Origin: Octopus vulgaris
Taxonomy: Eukaryota
Reading direction: 5' to 3'
Assembly: GCA_951406725.2 (NCBI GenBank)
Contig: OX597817.1
Location: 64,542,001 to 64,606,000, forward strand
DNA: 64,000 bases
Shown here: positions 26,701 through 37,329 of the stretch, in pieces
How positions within the stretch are numbered: the first letter of the stretch is position 1
Layout: every line of letters starts with the position of its first letter
Notes under the pieces: model-generated
Seen by the model: the letters and a program-made list of their open reading frames with translations, nothing else
The model's database searches: none
What the model was told of the DNA's origin: nothing
Program-made: the position numbers and the translations under genes

Positions 26701-29700
26701 TGCCTCAAGCATATTTGAACAAGTGACAAATTTGAAATTAAAAAAGGTTTTGTTAACCTCTTAATTGGATTTATACACATTAGAGGTTAACTGTATTAAC
26801 CTCACTCACCATAAAAATTGGATATATTAACCCCAACCAGTACAGAGTGTAGCTAAATTATATACAACCACTATGAAGTTACTGTATCATTGTCCACTGC
26901 TATATAGGTTAATTTTACTGACATCTCACATCAGCAGAGTCTAGCTATATCAACCACAGCCACTGTTTTGTGTAGGCACTAACAATATCCATTATACAGT
27001 TTTAATGAATGCCAATTATTATAGCTATAACCACTACACACCCTGGTCACTGTAACAACAGGCCACAATAGTCTAATCATTACAACCATAACCACTACAC
27101 AGTAAGATCTTTTTTCACATGTAGCAATGTTAACATGTATTCAGACTGTATTCTATATCTTGTATTGTCTTACTGTAGCTTTATCCCGATTGGTAGCGGC
27201 TTCCTACGCTGAAGATACACTTGGTATTGTACAGCAGAACTTACCAGAGATACTTAACGTTTTGGTCTCACTCTATGAGGTAAATTAAGATCATTATTGT
27301 TGTTTCAATTTCATACACTCTTCCAAGTCAGATGTATATCATTATGATTATCATTTTCATAACATCCACTTTTCCATACTTACATGGGTCAGACAAGATT
27401 GCATTGAGGCAGATTTTCTTTAATGTAGTCTTATATATATATTTACACTAGCTGAATTATCCAGTGTTACTCAGGTTACTACTGTTCTTATTCAGATTAG
27501 TAAACAATAAATATGAAGTTTTTTTTTCTTCTCATAATTATTTCAAAATATCTATATTTTATTAAAAATATCCAAATTGTAATGATAATAGAATTTAGAA
27601 CTGATCTATCAATCTTGAAGCACCTCAGGGTAAACAATATTCATTGTGTAATTTTTTGTTGGTGCCCAAATGAATAAATTGGTGCTACTTCCAACTCATG
27701 GGCAACCAACATAGAGTTGGCTGTGGGAGAAGCATATAGTAGAGGCAATGGCCTAGTGGTTAGGGCAGCGGACTCGCGGTCGCAGGATCGCGGTTTCGAT
27801 TCTCAGACTGGGCGTTGTGTGTGTTTATTGAGCGAAAACACCTAAAAGCTCTACGAGGCTCCGGCAGGGGGTGGTGATCCCTGCTGTACTCTTTCACCAC
27901 AATGGCGGTGCCCCAGCATGGCCACAGCTCAAGAGCTGAAACTGGAAAAACAAAAACAAACAAAAAAAATATAGTAGAGGGATGAAGCATATAGTAGAGG
28001 GATTGACTCTGAGATATGTTAATTGAAATACCAAAACTTAGTTTGACTAGAAATTGAAGCCTGTTAAATTCAAATAGAACATCTGCAGGTATGAAAGGAA
28101 AGTTTGAATAAAGACATTTTCTCCTTTGTGACTACCTGTTATGATTGTTGCCTGTAGGACATGGGGCTTCATGGAAGTAACAGTTAAGCGAATTCCATTA
28201 CACAGGTGAGGTCTTAAGCAGCATAATGGGAGCATCCAGCTTTAGTGTCTAGTTATGCGGTGGCATCCCAGTGGGTTTAAGTGTGTTCAGAAATTCAGCA
28301 GGATATTGAACTGCTTGATCTTGATCAACTGTTGTGGAATTGATGGAAAAGTTATTTCTGATGTATCTGTTAACTTTTGAAGTTCACAATTGAGTTTATC
28401 AATTATTTCATTAGTTGGAGCCAGTTTACATCAGTGTAATTGACAATCACAGATACACTCTCACATATACTACAACAGACATATATTTACATAACGAATG
28501 CGCAAACACACATACTCATATATAAAATGTGTCGTCATCATGGTATAAAATGTTCTTATGTGGTACGTAACAAACACATAAACACACTCATAGACACATA
28601 TACACTCATATGCAAAATATGTCATCATTGTGGTGGTGGTATAAAATCTTCTTTACTATGTTGTACATAACAAATGCACAAACACACACTCACAGACACC
28701 TACACATTCATATACAAAATGTGCCAACGTGGTATAAAATGCCCTTTACTGTAGCGGACGTGCAGACACATGCTCACAGGCACATACACACTCATACAAA
28801 ATGTGTCGTTGTTGTGGTATAATATGTCCTTTACTATGTCATACGTGACGAACACGCAAACATACACACTCATATACTAAATGTGTCGTTGATGTCGTCA
28901 TACAAAATATCCTTTACTATGTCATATGTAATGAATGCACAAACACTCACTCACCGACACATAAACACACATATACAAAATGTGATGTCATCATGGTATA
29001 AAATGTCCTTTACTATAGTTGACTATAGAAAGATTATTTATGAGAAAATATATTGTTTTAATTGAAATGAAAATAAAACAATTACATGTTGACACTCACA
29101 GGGTGTAATACTATTAACTTGTAAACTTTCATTTGATTTTATGGAGCTATTTGAGAATGCATAGGCAACAGACAGACAGAATTATATATATATATTACAT
29201 TCTCTCTCCCCCACACTTACACATATGTTACAGAATGGACAATCAACACCACATTGGTAGGTGAATAATTTCTGTAAATAGAATGCCTGGTATTAATGGG
29301 ATACTAATGGTTTTGAGCTGATTTGCAATTATTCAGCTGCAGATTGAATAACACTGACATAGCAACCGTATTTGTTAGGTTATACATGTATATTTTATAT
29401 ATATATATATATATATACTAGCAGTAATATCCATCATTGATCAGGTAATTACTTTTACTCTTTCTTGGGAGCCACATTCAATGTGTTATTATATAGAGAG
29501 ATTTACTCCTCCTGTATGTGTGTATTTTATAAGAGAAAAACATGTAATAATTGAAGTAGAAGAAAGATCAATTTCATACACAAACCTCTGTTTATTATAT
29601 GAGATCATAAGTGAGTTGTATGTGTTATTTTATATAGCAATACAGTAATGGTAATTATATACACAATGCTTTGGTCAACACGGAGCTGTAATGAAAGAGA

Positions 29701-31458
29701 ATTTCCGTGTCACACAGTGGGACTGAACCCAAGGCAACATGGTTGAAAAGCAAGCTTCTTAACCACACAGCCACACCTATAAAGGAGTGATACCTTTTGG
29801 ATAATATACTCCTTGATACAATATGCTTAACAAAAAGATGAGATGTTTACAGCTCAACAACTAACAATGCTACACCATACAGAGTGTTCCAGAATTAACT
29901 GTTTCAATGAAATTGAGCAAATTTTTAAAAAACTGACAGAATTTTATGTTTATTACTTAATTATAATACCAAAACAAATAGATTTATAAATTTTACGTCA
30001 AACTTTTATTGAAAATTTTCAACATATCTGTATCCCTGCATACTTCAAATCTCTCCTTAATGTTGTGAAATGTATTTTGAAGCATTTCAGGAGTTAGCTC
30101 CTGCACTGCTAACTGAATGCATTCTTTAAGCTCAGCTAAACAATTGCTCCATCTTGGGGATGGAGGTAAAAAAAGTGATTGCTACCAAATTGAAAAAAAG
30201 CTGTTGTGGACAAATAAGAGAGATCCAATAAGAATGAAAATAAAAGACAATATTCAAAATTATACACTTTTAACACATATTAAACATGGATAAAAATGAG
30301 TTTTAAAAAAAATGCATCCGATTTCACTAAAATCATAATTACTTCTAGGACACCCTGTATTTACTCGTCCAACTAAATAAGGGAGGAACACGGGGGGAGG
30401 TGGTAAGCGTAGCTTCCAGAAGTGGTCACTCAGTCAAACTCGAATGGCTGAGTTACAACATTTAGCAGTGTTTTTGCTTTTTTTTTTTGTATGAACATTT
30501 TGCATTATATAGTTCAGACATGGATGACATACAAAGCAGACATGCTGGGTTGCATGGGACTGGAAACGTGAAACCACAGGGCACTTCTGGAGAATAGATG
30601 AATGAGTTTAATGTTCTTCTCATTTCCTCTGCCAAATTGGATAAAAAGGTTTTCGTAAAATATTATACGCTACTTATAATGCATAAGTAGTGTCAATATT
30701 TTATTGTCAGAAAATGGCCTAAAACAGATAAAAGCCAGTGCAGCATACTCAAATCTAATTAATCTGCAATTTTGGTGGGTGGGGGGCCATAGTGTCAGAA
30801 ATTTTTTTAGTCAACAACAATTTGAGGAGTCTGATTAATGTTTGTTGCAAATTTGGAGGAAAGCAGCTGGATACTCGAGTTACGATCCTTAATGCTGCCA
30901 AAATGCTTTAAAAATGCAGTTTATCTGCCCCTGAGCCCAAATTATGCAAGAAGTTGAAAATTTTTTTGCCTCACGGACCCTAAGTAATGCATGTGCAAAA
31001 TTTGAATGAAATCAGTTGGGTACTTTTTGAATTTTAAGGATTCACACGCAGACAGGCAGACACACATTCTCAGTTATAGATATATATAGGAGCAGTGTGA
31101 CTATTTGGTAAGAAGTTTGCTTCCCAACCACATGATTCTGGGTTCAGTCCCAATGTGTTGCATCTTGGGCAGGTGTCTTCTATTATATCCCTGGACTTTG
31201 TAATTGGGTATGGTAAATGATAACTGAAAGAAGCCTGTTGTGTATATATGTGCGTTACTGTCTCCTTGCCTTGACATCATGTGATAGTTGTAAATGAGTG
31301 TCACCATCATGCAAGTGGTATCCTTCATTACCAAACTGTCTAGTCATGGATAAATACTACCTTGGTTGGAAATAGTTTAGGGTTGGTGACAGCAAGCACA
31401 TCTATCTATAGGAAATTTTCAACAAATCTTTTTAAAATGATAATGATGATAATAATGG

Positions 31459-31514
<56 letters not shown>

Positions 31515-34500
31515 AAATAAATGTTCCTTTTCAAGCCATGCTAGGCTCATAAGGGCCAGTTTCAGTGGCGTAGAAATTCCCCACCTGGACGGGATGTTGA
31601 TCTGTCACAGGATTACTCATTTTTGCCAGCTGAGTGGACTGGAGCAATGTGAAATGAAGTGTTTTGCTCAAGGACACAACAACATCGCCTGGTCCAGGAA
31701 TCGAAACCACAACCTTATGATCATGAGTTCAACACCCTAACCACTATAATATATATATATTATATATCATGAAAGATTACACCTAGAAAACAGTAGTTAA
31801 GACTTAGTCAAGTGATGAAACAGATTATGGTAATTATTATTTTACTGGTCCTTTGAAACTGGTGAGGAATGGGTGGAGACACCAAATACTTATGGGCTAT
31901 CTTTACATTTACACCAAAACCTGCAATGTGATGGTGATGAACTGGATAACAGATGACAAAGCTTTAACCTTGATGAATTTGACTTATCATTGAAATGAAA
32001 AGTTTAATAATCTGTATGTTTACTTATTTCAAATGAAAACTTTTACCACATTCTACTTCCCGTCCTTTTCATTTTTTCCTATCCTTTGTGTTACGTCATT
32101 TATTCTACATCTTCCTGTTCCCTTTCCTAAAATTGTAACAGACAATATGTGTCTAATATAAGAATATGACAAACCAACCAGTTTTCATTTGTAAACTGCA
32201 AAAATTTCTGTTATTAACTCTTTTGATGCCAATCCCTTGAGATTACCCCTGATTATATGATACAAACTTTGTTTTAACCCTTTAGCATTCAGATTAGTCC
32301 ACCAAATTAATGGTTATTTATTCATTGTTTTGAATTTATCCTGCATTATCTTGTAGCTTTGAGATTTCAATTATGTGATTGTTTATTTTTAGACTAACAT
32401 AGTAGGATAGGTTTGAGGGGCTGGATTTGGCCTGTTTTTACATAAAATAGGTAAAATATTTTGGCTGCATATGGTCAGTTTAAATGCTAAAGGATTAAAG
32501 TAACCTAAATTAAAACTTTCCATCAAAATTTTATGCTAATTTATTTTTCAAGTACCAGCTTAATACTAAATATTTTACTAAATTCTTATTTTCAGTATTA
32601 ATTGAAACACAAGCCATATATTTGAACAGAAATATAGTAACATAAGGATTAAGTTAGTTTGCGTTGAGAAGATGGAGATATTTTGTATTTCAAACTGGTT
32701 CCACTATTTTCTTCACTTTATTTTGCTTTAATTTCCAACTAGTAAAGTTTTTTCCCCCCCTACTTTTTATACTTTTTATATCTTAGAACGTGGAAAGACA
32801 TTTCAAACTGACATCAACTCTTGGACGTCGGAGCCTTACTGGTGTCAACTGTTCCCATGACTTGGCTCTGCGACATGCCTTCCGTTCTGCTTTGAAGTCT
32901 GCCATATACCGAATTGTTGACACATTTGGAAAATGTGTCATGTAAGTAAACATATAACTTTTTTTAAATCAATGTATAATCAAAGTACATGAGATCAAGT
33001 TAGTAAGCTACTAATCACAAGGTCTTCAGTTCAGATCTTTTATTTAATATAAAACACTTTTTTTTTTATATCTCTGCACAATACAACTATAGTTGCATCA
33101 GTCTACCTGATTAACAATAGGTTTCATTTTTTTCATAGTTCATGGTCTAGCAAGTCATTTTTTGCCAAATGGTAGTACAAGAAAATTAATAGTATGAAAA
33201 TTGGCTGTAGCAAAATATCATCTCTCTATAAATGGAAAAAGAAGTTGTTTGGCTTTAAAAGCAATTGCCTCAATAATATTAATGTAACGAGATTTCAGTA
33301 ATCTCAAACAGATAATGAGATTGTAATTTATAGGCATGGCTATGTAGTATGAAGTTTGCTTCCCTACTACATGGTTCCAGGTTCAGTCCTACTGCCTGGC
33401 ACCTTGGGTAAGTGCCTTCTACTATAGCCTCAGGCCAACCAAAGCCTTAAGAGCGGATTTGGTAAACAGAAACTGCAAGAAGTGTGTGTGTGTCTTTGTG
33501 TATTTGTTCCCCATCACTGCTTAACAACTGGTGTTTGTTTCCATCCTTGTAACTTATCAGTTCAGCAAAAGGGCTGATAGAATAAGTACTAGGGGTAATT
33601 TATTTGACTAAAGCCTTTTGAGGTGGTGCACCAGTATGACCAGTCTAATGACTGGAACAAGTAAAATATATTTAACGAGTTTTTAGCTGAAGTAGTGCTG
33701 GCAAGAACTTTTTTTTCTTTAAGCAAGAGGTTGCTGTGTATATAGAACACTGGAGTAAATGTTCTCTTTTGATACCAATACCTGGGACCACTTTTGGTTA
33801 TCTGATGCAGCTCTTGTTTTAATGTTTTTATTAAACTTATATAATTCCAATGAAAGCATTAGTTGTTTTAGTAAATCTTTCTAAAGTCTTGATGCTTACA
33901 ATTATCTGAAACATATAGCCTGTATATTTCATTAGAAAAGGTTGATTTATATAAATTTGGTATAATGTGGTCTAATAAAATAAATTATTGTTTTTAGACT
34001 ACTAGTTGACTCAAATAATTCCCTTAGGATTATTGTTATGTCTCTTAACATAACCTACATTCAAAGGCATCCCAGCCATGACCATCTCATCGTCATGTAT
34101 AACCAGGGCTACATGGTATAATGTATCCTTGCTTTCTAAAGATGTTAAAATGGGACTTGAAAGAATGTTGCTGCTTTTTCTACCAGATTGAATGACCTTG
34201 GTTGGCTGTTATATCTGCTCACTAACACTTGTGTTTTGTTAGAAATTATTAATGAAAGTGACAGACTAGCAGAATCAGCAGAGTGTTGGACAAAATCATC
34301 ATCATCATTTAATGTCCATCTTCCACACTGGCATGGATTGGGCAGTTTGATAGGAGCTGACAAACCAGAGGACTGCACCAAGCTCCACTATCTATTTTGT
34401 CATGGTTATTTACAGCTGGATGCCCTTCCTAGTGTCAACCACTTTACAGAGTGGAGTGTGCTGGGTGCTTTTTATGTGGCACCAGCACTGGTAAGACATG

Positions 34501-34830
34501 TTTTGGCATGGTTCTCAGGGCTGTGGATGCCCTTCCTCAAACCAACCACTTTACAGAGTGGACTGGGTGTTATTTTTAAACAGCACCAGCAAGGTATGAG
34601 CATGCCTGCCTATACTTTCTAAGATGAAAGTTTATCCTGATGAAGCCAGCTGTGCCTGTCATAAGTATTAGGTCAATTAAATCAACTATTCTCACTCAGA
34701 TACCCAACCCTACCTAATTTCTGGCTTTAATTAGAAATTATTGTTATTTTCCTCCTTTCTTTACAGAGATTTCCGGCTTAGTCTCGAAACCCAAAGACGC
34801 CTCAAGTTATTTCTAGAATACAAAGAATGA
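8719..34830 (+). CDS. NDC1: Nucleoporin NDC1 (TMEM48), 5'-partial, 15 coding exons
   Basis: Hand-spliced exons 8719-8820, 9397-9568, 12454-12577, 13259-13367, 15424-15472, 16173-16305, 16949-17041, 19373-19454, 21362-21526, 22042-22089, 23805-23860, 25925-26039, 27179-27279, 32787-32941, 34767-34830. All introns are GT-AG with matching phases; total 1568 nt, open to TGA. The translation is colinear with vertebrate NDC1 as I recall it: [93 protein letters not shown]. Confidence 0.95.
9397..9568 (+). CDS. NDC1: NDC1 exon (VVPQISTTRLSNVLEFF...LAVPCSED)
   Basis: aaacag| acceptor, AG|gtaaag donor, phase 1-2; resembles human VVPSIPCSRL...LVVPC. Confidence 0.92.
9600..9770 (+). mobile_element. SINE fragment with Meta-type central domain (related copies ~3483-3690, 5680-5960, 38480-38545, 55180-55330, 61800-61960; minus strand 49230-50060, 61560-61750)
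   Basis: gagttcaaattccaccgaggtcgactttgcctttcatcctctcggggtcgataaataaagtac: a B-box followed by a MetaSINE-like core. Confidence 0.75.
11343..11516. mobile_element. hAT-type MITE (174 bp)
   Basis: TIRs caatgttccctctaa / tttgagggaatgttg; 8-bp TSD gcaccaag / gtaccaag (7 of 8 match). Confidence 0.7.
12454..12577 (+). CDS. NDC1: NDC1 exon (PAIYLNDNKLFLLTAAIYHGLLFHLRFYRNQYNYTPFKIIQ)
   Basis: ttcttccag| and CAG|gtaagt, phase 2-0; resembles CLNEYHLFFLL...NYLPFPIIQ. Confidence 0.94.
13259..13367 (+). CDS. NDC1: NDC1 exon (QAKFFQVKSQLVPVLFESAAQIFKQLLGFYLIFYFL)
   Basis: ttttccag| and TTG|gtaagt, phase 0-1. Confidence 0.93.
14170..14805 (+). mobile_element. 5'-truncated CR1-type LINE (ORF2 C-terminus plus 3'UTR)
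   Basis: Uninterrupted ORF with MVRPHLEFASPVW, LEAVQRHATK, LPYPERL, TRGHIYK, RKHFFTLRVAEAWNKLP; ends in an (ATT)n tail. Confidence 0.92.
15424..15472 (+). CDS. NDC1: NDC1 small exon (GHLPRDLTAHLCRLSI)
   Basis: Long pyrimidine tract then tag|; TG|gtaata donor; phase 1-2 bridges the flanking exons. Confidence 0.88.
16173..16305 (+). CDS. NDC1: NDC1 exon (PETSLSSVQSLLQPELFLQSFFLGTYMYFIWHLAAVLLRTYLTE)
   Basis: ctctgcag| and GAG|gtatgt, phase 2-0. Confidence 0.93.
16949..17041 (+). CDS. NDC1: NDC1 exon (SYEFRIEPGLDHLSDKCLHNALSCKSNPWIQ)
   Basis: Pyrimidine tract then ttag|; CAG|gtaaat donor; phase 0-0. Confidence 0.93.
19373..19454 (+). CDS. NDC1: NDC1 exon ([27 protein letters not shown])
   Basis: ctgcag| and CAG|gtatga, phase 0-1; resembles [27 protein letters not shown]. 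Confidence 0.95.
19664..20488 (+). mobile_element. Internally deleted maT (DD37D) Tc1/mariner element
   Basis: IMFGVITSDG...W*QDSAHCH...WPPNFPGCYPLDNYMW, with 37 residues between the last two Asp; TIR-like cagggtgcaatgggtaaattgtc and a diverged inverse at the right end. Confidence 0.85.
21362..21526 (+). CDS. NDC1: NDC1 exon (GCHPKNWSQIYHICLENLRQL...SLSAS)
   Basis: ttctag| acceptor; C|gtgagt donor (the 3' boundary is less certain); GHPxNW motif. Confidence 0.9.
22042..22089 (+). CDS. NDC1: NDC1 linker exon (YLKPTSLGHMSLNES)
   Basis: tttttccag| and CAG|gtattg; only the phase 1-1 frame is open; poorly conserved region. Confidence 0.7.
23805..23860 (+). CDS. NDC1: NDC1 linker exon (VTGTSLREERPIKVSLQTK)
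   Basis: Pyrimidine tract then cag|; AAG|gtataa donor; supplies the required phase 1-0 transition. Confidence 0.78.
25273..25487. mobile_element. Mariner-type MITE (~215 bp); second copy at ~55368-55918 interrupted by an RTE tail
   Basis: TIRs aagggcatgctgaaaagttcctgacttt / aaagccaggaactttacagcaccccctc; internal ctcagattcacacacttattgc shared by both copies. Confidence 0.75.
25925..26039 (+). CDS. NDC1: NDC1 exon ([38 protein letters not shown])
   Basis: gtttag| and AAG|gtaaga, phase 0-1. Confidence 0.95.
27179..27279 (+). CDS. NDC1: NDC1 exon ([34 protein letters not shown])
   Basis: ctgtag| and GAG|gtaaat; NDC1 hallmark LVxASxxEDxxGxVQ. Confidence 0.96.
27746..27968 (+). mobile_element. 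Young tRNA-derived SINE, internally deleted
   Basis: tRNA-like head caatggcctagtggttagggcagcggactcgcggtcgcaggatcgcggtttcgattctc, CpGs intact, A-rich tail, TSD atatagtagagg. Confidence 0.85.
28480..29020. repeat. Diverged minisatellite, ~75-85 bp unit, about 7 copies
   Basis: Recurring tacactcatatacaaaatgtgtcgtc...ggtataaaatgtcctttactatgtc. Confidence 0.8.
29880..30357 (-). mobile_element. Tc1/mariner deletion derivative (478 bp)
   Basis: TA|cagagtgttccagaattaa ... ttacttctaggacaccctg|TA; minus-strand transposase C-terminal relic LAELKECIQLAVQELTPEMLQNTF. Confidence 0.75.
32214..32652. mobile_element. Nested piggyBac-type MITEs (inner 32274-32498; inner family also at 39742-39936 and 62734-62961)
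   Basis: TTAA|ccctttagcatt ... aatgctaaagga|TTAA sits inside a second TTAA-bounded element. Confidence 0.7.
32787..32941 (+). CDS. NDC1: NDC1 exon (NVERHFKL...[24 protein letters not shown])
   Basis: tcttag| and AT|gtaagt, phase 0-2. Confidence 0.96.
34767..34830 (+). CDS. NDC1: NDC1 last coding exon ([20 protein letters not shown])
   Basis: ctttacag| acceptor; resembles the human C-terminus EHQKRLQQFLEFKE*. Confidence 0.95.
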
Positions 34831-35909
34831 AAGACTGAGTAATTCATACCTTGGAATCGGAATTGAGTTTCATCAACATTCTCAGTGAAACTGCTACCAG
34901 GAGATTTTTAACAGTACCAAGTAACTGCTATCAACTCGCTGCTCAATATCCAAACATACAGATATATATATATAACTGGAAAGTTACTTTTTCAAAAAAT
35001 CAACTTTTCTGTACTCAGAGGAGTCACATGATATCAGTTATATATATTGAGGATGTTGATTCCAAACATTAACTAAAGCCAGAATGGTTCAACTTTCATT
35101 AACAAGAATTTTGTTACACCTGAAGAAGACAATATGGCAGTCTTCTACCAGATACTATAACAATGTTGGTGCAACTTGTTGAGCTTCCCTCTGTTATTGA
35201 TATTCAGCTGATCTTTCTGATGACAGTTTCTGACAAGCTTATTTGATCTCTAATTCTAACAGATATTACTACTTCTTTTGTATATTAATTTCTCTTTTTT
35301 TTTTTTTCTGTCCAGGACCATTTCTTAGCTTTGGAAAAATTGTATCTGGATAACAAAAACACACTAATCTTCACATTGTACTGTGGTGGAGACTACCCCA
35401 GTAATTTGGAGTATATCCAGAAACAAGGTTGCCCCAATACACTTAACTGATCTCTTTGCCTTGTTTGGCATGACAGCTCAGTAACACTGGCTATTCCATC
35501 TCTGGGGGTGCTTAAATTCATAGAACAAGCCAACCTTGGTATAAAATATTAATATTTTTTTGTTCAATTGTGTTGTTGTTTCTCTTTTCATTCTTTCCCT
35601 ATTAACATTCCTCAAATATTGAATATCTATATTTGTTTTTTGTCTTGAAGCTGTACTGTTGCTTGTGCTGCTACTATGACACCCACTACCACCAGCCCTA
35701 CCTGTGTCAAAATTCCTTCATAGGCTTAGAACTGCAGTGCATACTGTACACTATATGCTTCTGCTGTTAGCTAATGAAGGAATTTCTTATAGTTACTTAA
35801 ACAGCTAGAAATAGTAGGTAAATCTACTTCAAACCACACTTTATTTCACAAAAAAGATACTTTGGATAATGTAGTCCATGGTATACTATGCCAGAGCAAA
35901 AATGTAGGG

Positions 35910-37329
35910 TGTTCATTCATTCTTCTTTGTTTTGTTTTGAGACACTAAAACAAATTGGAGGCGTTGATATGATTTGACCATGTTTATTTACTTAGCATGT
36001 TTTTATATGTATATAGCAGAGTGATACACATGCATATTTGCTTTATTCACAGTTCATACTGTCTACTAAATGCGCATAACAAAATAGTGCTAATCATAGA
36101 GATATATATATTTATGTATATATACACATACATATATGAACATATAACATCCCTTCTTCTAAAATAATGATTTTTAGCTGTATCGAATTGGTGGTAAGAT
36201 ATTGGGTCTACATCTAGTAGACTTTGTTGTGCTCTGTGCTGATGTCTGAGATGTTGTGCATGTTATCCTTGGCAGCTTTGGTGTTGGGCAGATGTGGGTT
36301 TCTTTTTCATCTCAGCTGCCTACCAAAGTCAGTCTCTATAATGTATGCTCTTGGAGTTACAGCTCTACTGACAACTTGTGCTGGGATTCATGTTTTGGTT
36401 ATAGGATCTTGAGTATGCATGTTGTCCTCCAAGTATTTCTGGTTGTGCGTGTTTGTTATAATATTTCTGTCTTCCTCTTGAGTGGCTGCCAGCTTTACCC
36501 TTGTCTCTTCTTGGTCAATAGGAGGTTGGATCTTTGTTAACAGAGTGGCTTTGTATTTCCTGCCATTCAGCATTTCTGCTGGGGATTTCATGTCAGCCCT
36601 CAGAAGTGTTACTTGTAATGACAGAAGTGCTAGATGTGAATCTTCCTTAGTTTCACAGTATTTGATTAATGTTTTCTTGACTGTCTGCACCTGTCTTTCT
36701 ATGAATCCATGACCAGCAACAGGGACTGCCATTTTGGATTTTCGTGTATATCTGAAGACAAAGCGTTAATTAGTTTAAGTTCAGGACTGTTGTGTTCCTG
36801 TTTTGTTGTAATGGTACCATGTTATATATATCTTTGTTTTGTTTTGGGACAATAAAACAACTCATTGGAGGCGTTAATGAGTTGACTGCGTTTATTTACT
36901 TAGCATGTTTATATATGTATAAAGCAGAGTGACACATGTGTATTCGCTTTAATCACAGTTCATACTGTCTGCTAAATGTGCATAATAAAATAGTGCTAAT
37001 CATGGAGATATATTTATATATATATGTATACATTTACACATATGGCTGTTGCCAGCCTAGTCCGGCCTCCGTGCCGGGGGCACGTAAAAAGCACCATCCG
37101 ATCATGACTGTTTGCCAGCCTCGTCTGGCACGTAAAAAGCACCCACTACACTCACAGAGTGGTTGGCGTTAGGAAGGGCATCCAGCTGTAGAAACTGCCA
37201 TATCAGACTGGGCCTGGTGCAGCCTTCTGGCTTCCCATACCCCAGTTGAACCGTCCAACCCATGCTAGCATGGAAAGCGGACGTTAAAAGATGATGATGA
37301 TGATGATACACATATATGAACATATAACA
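35910..37329 (-). mobile_element. Miniature Ty3/Gypsy-derived LTR retroelement
   Basis: Two ~240-bp TG...CA LTRs (35910-36149 and 36820-37329, the latter with an insert). Minus-strand PBS TGGTACCATTAC, PPT TTTTAGAAGAAGGGA, integrase relic GFIERQVQTVKK...SPAEMLNGR. Confidence 0.88.
37044..37306 (+). mobile_element. 5'-truncated RTE tail inserted in the LTR
   Basis: Ends in (GAT)n; 9-bp TSD tacacatat at 37035-37043 and 37307-37315. Confidence 0.88.

Noticed and set aside
27746-27820. tRNA gene
   Set aside because: The tRNA-like head continues into a SINE body with an A-rich tail and TSD; the acceptor stem is not closed.
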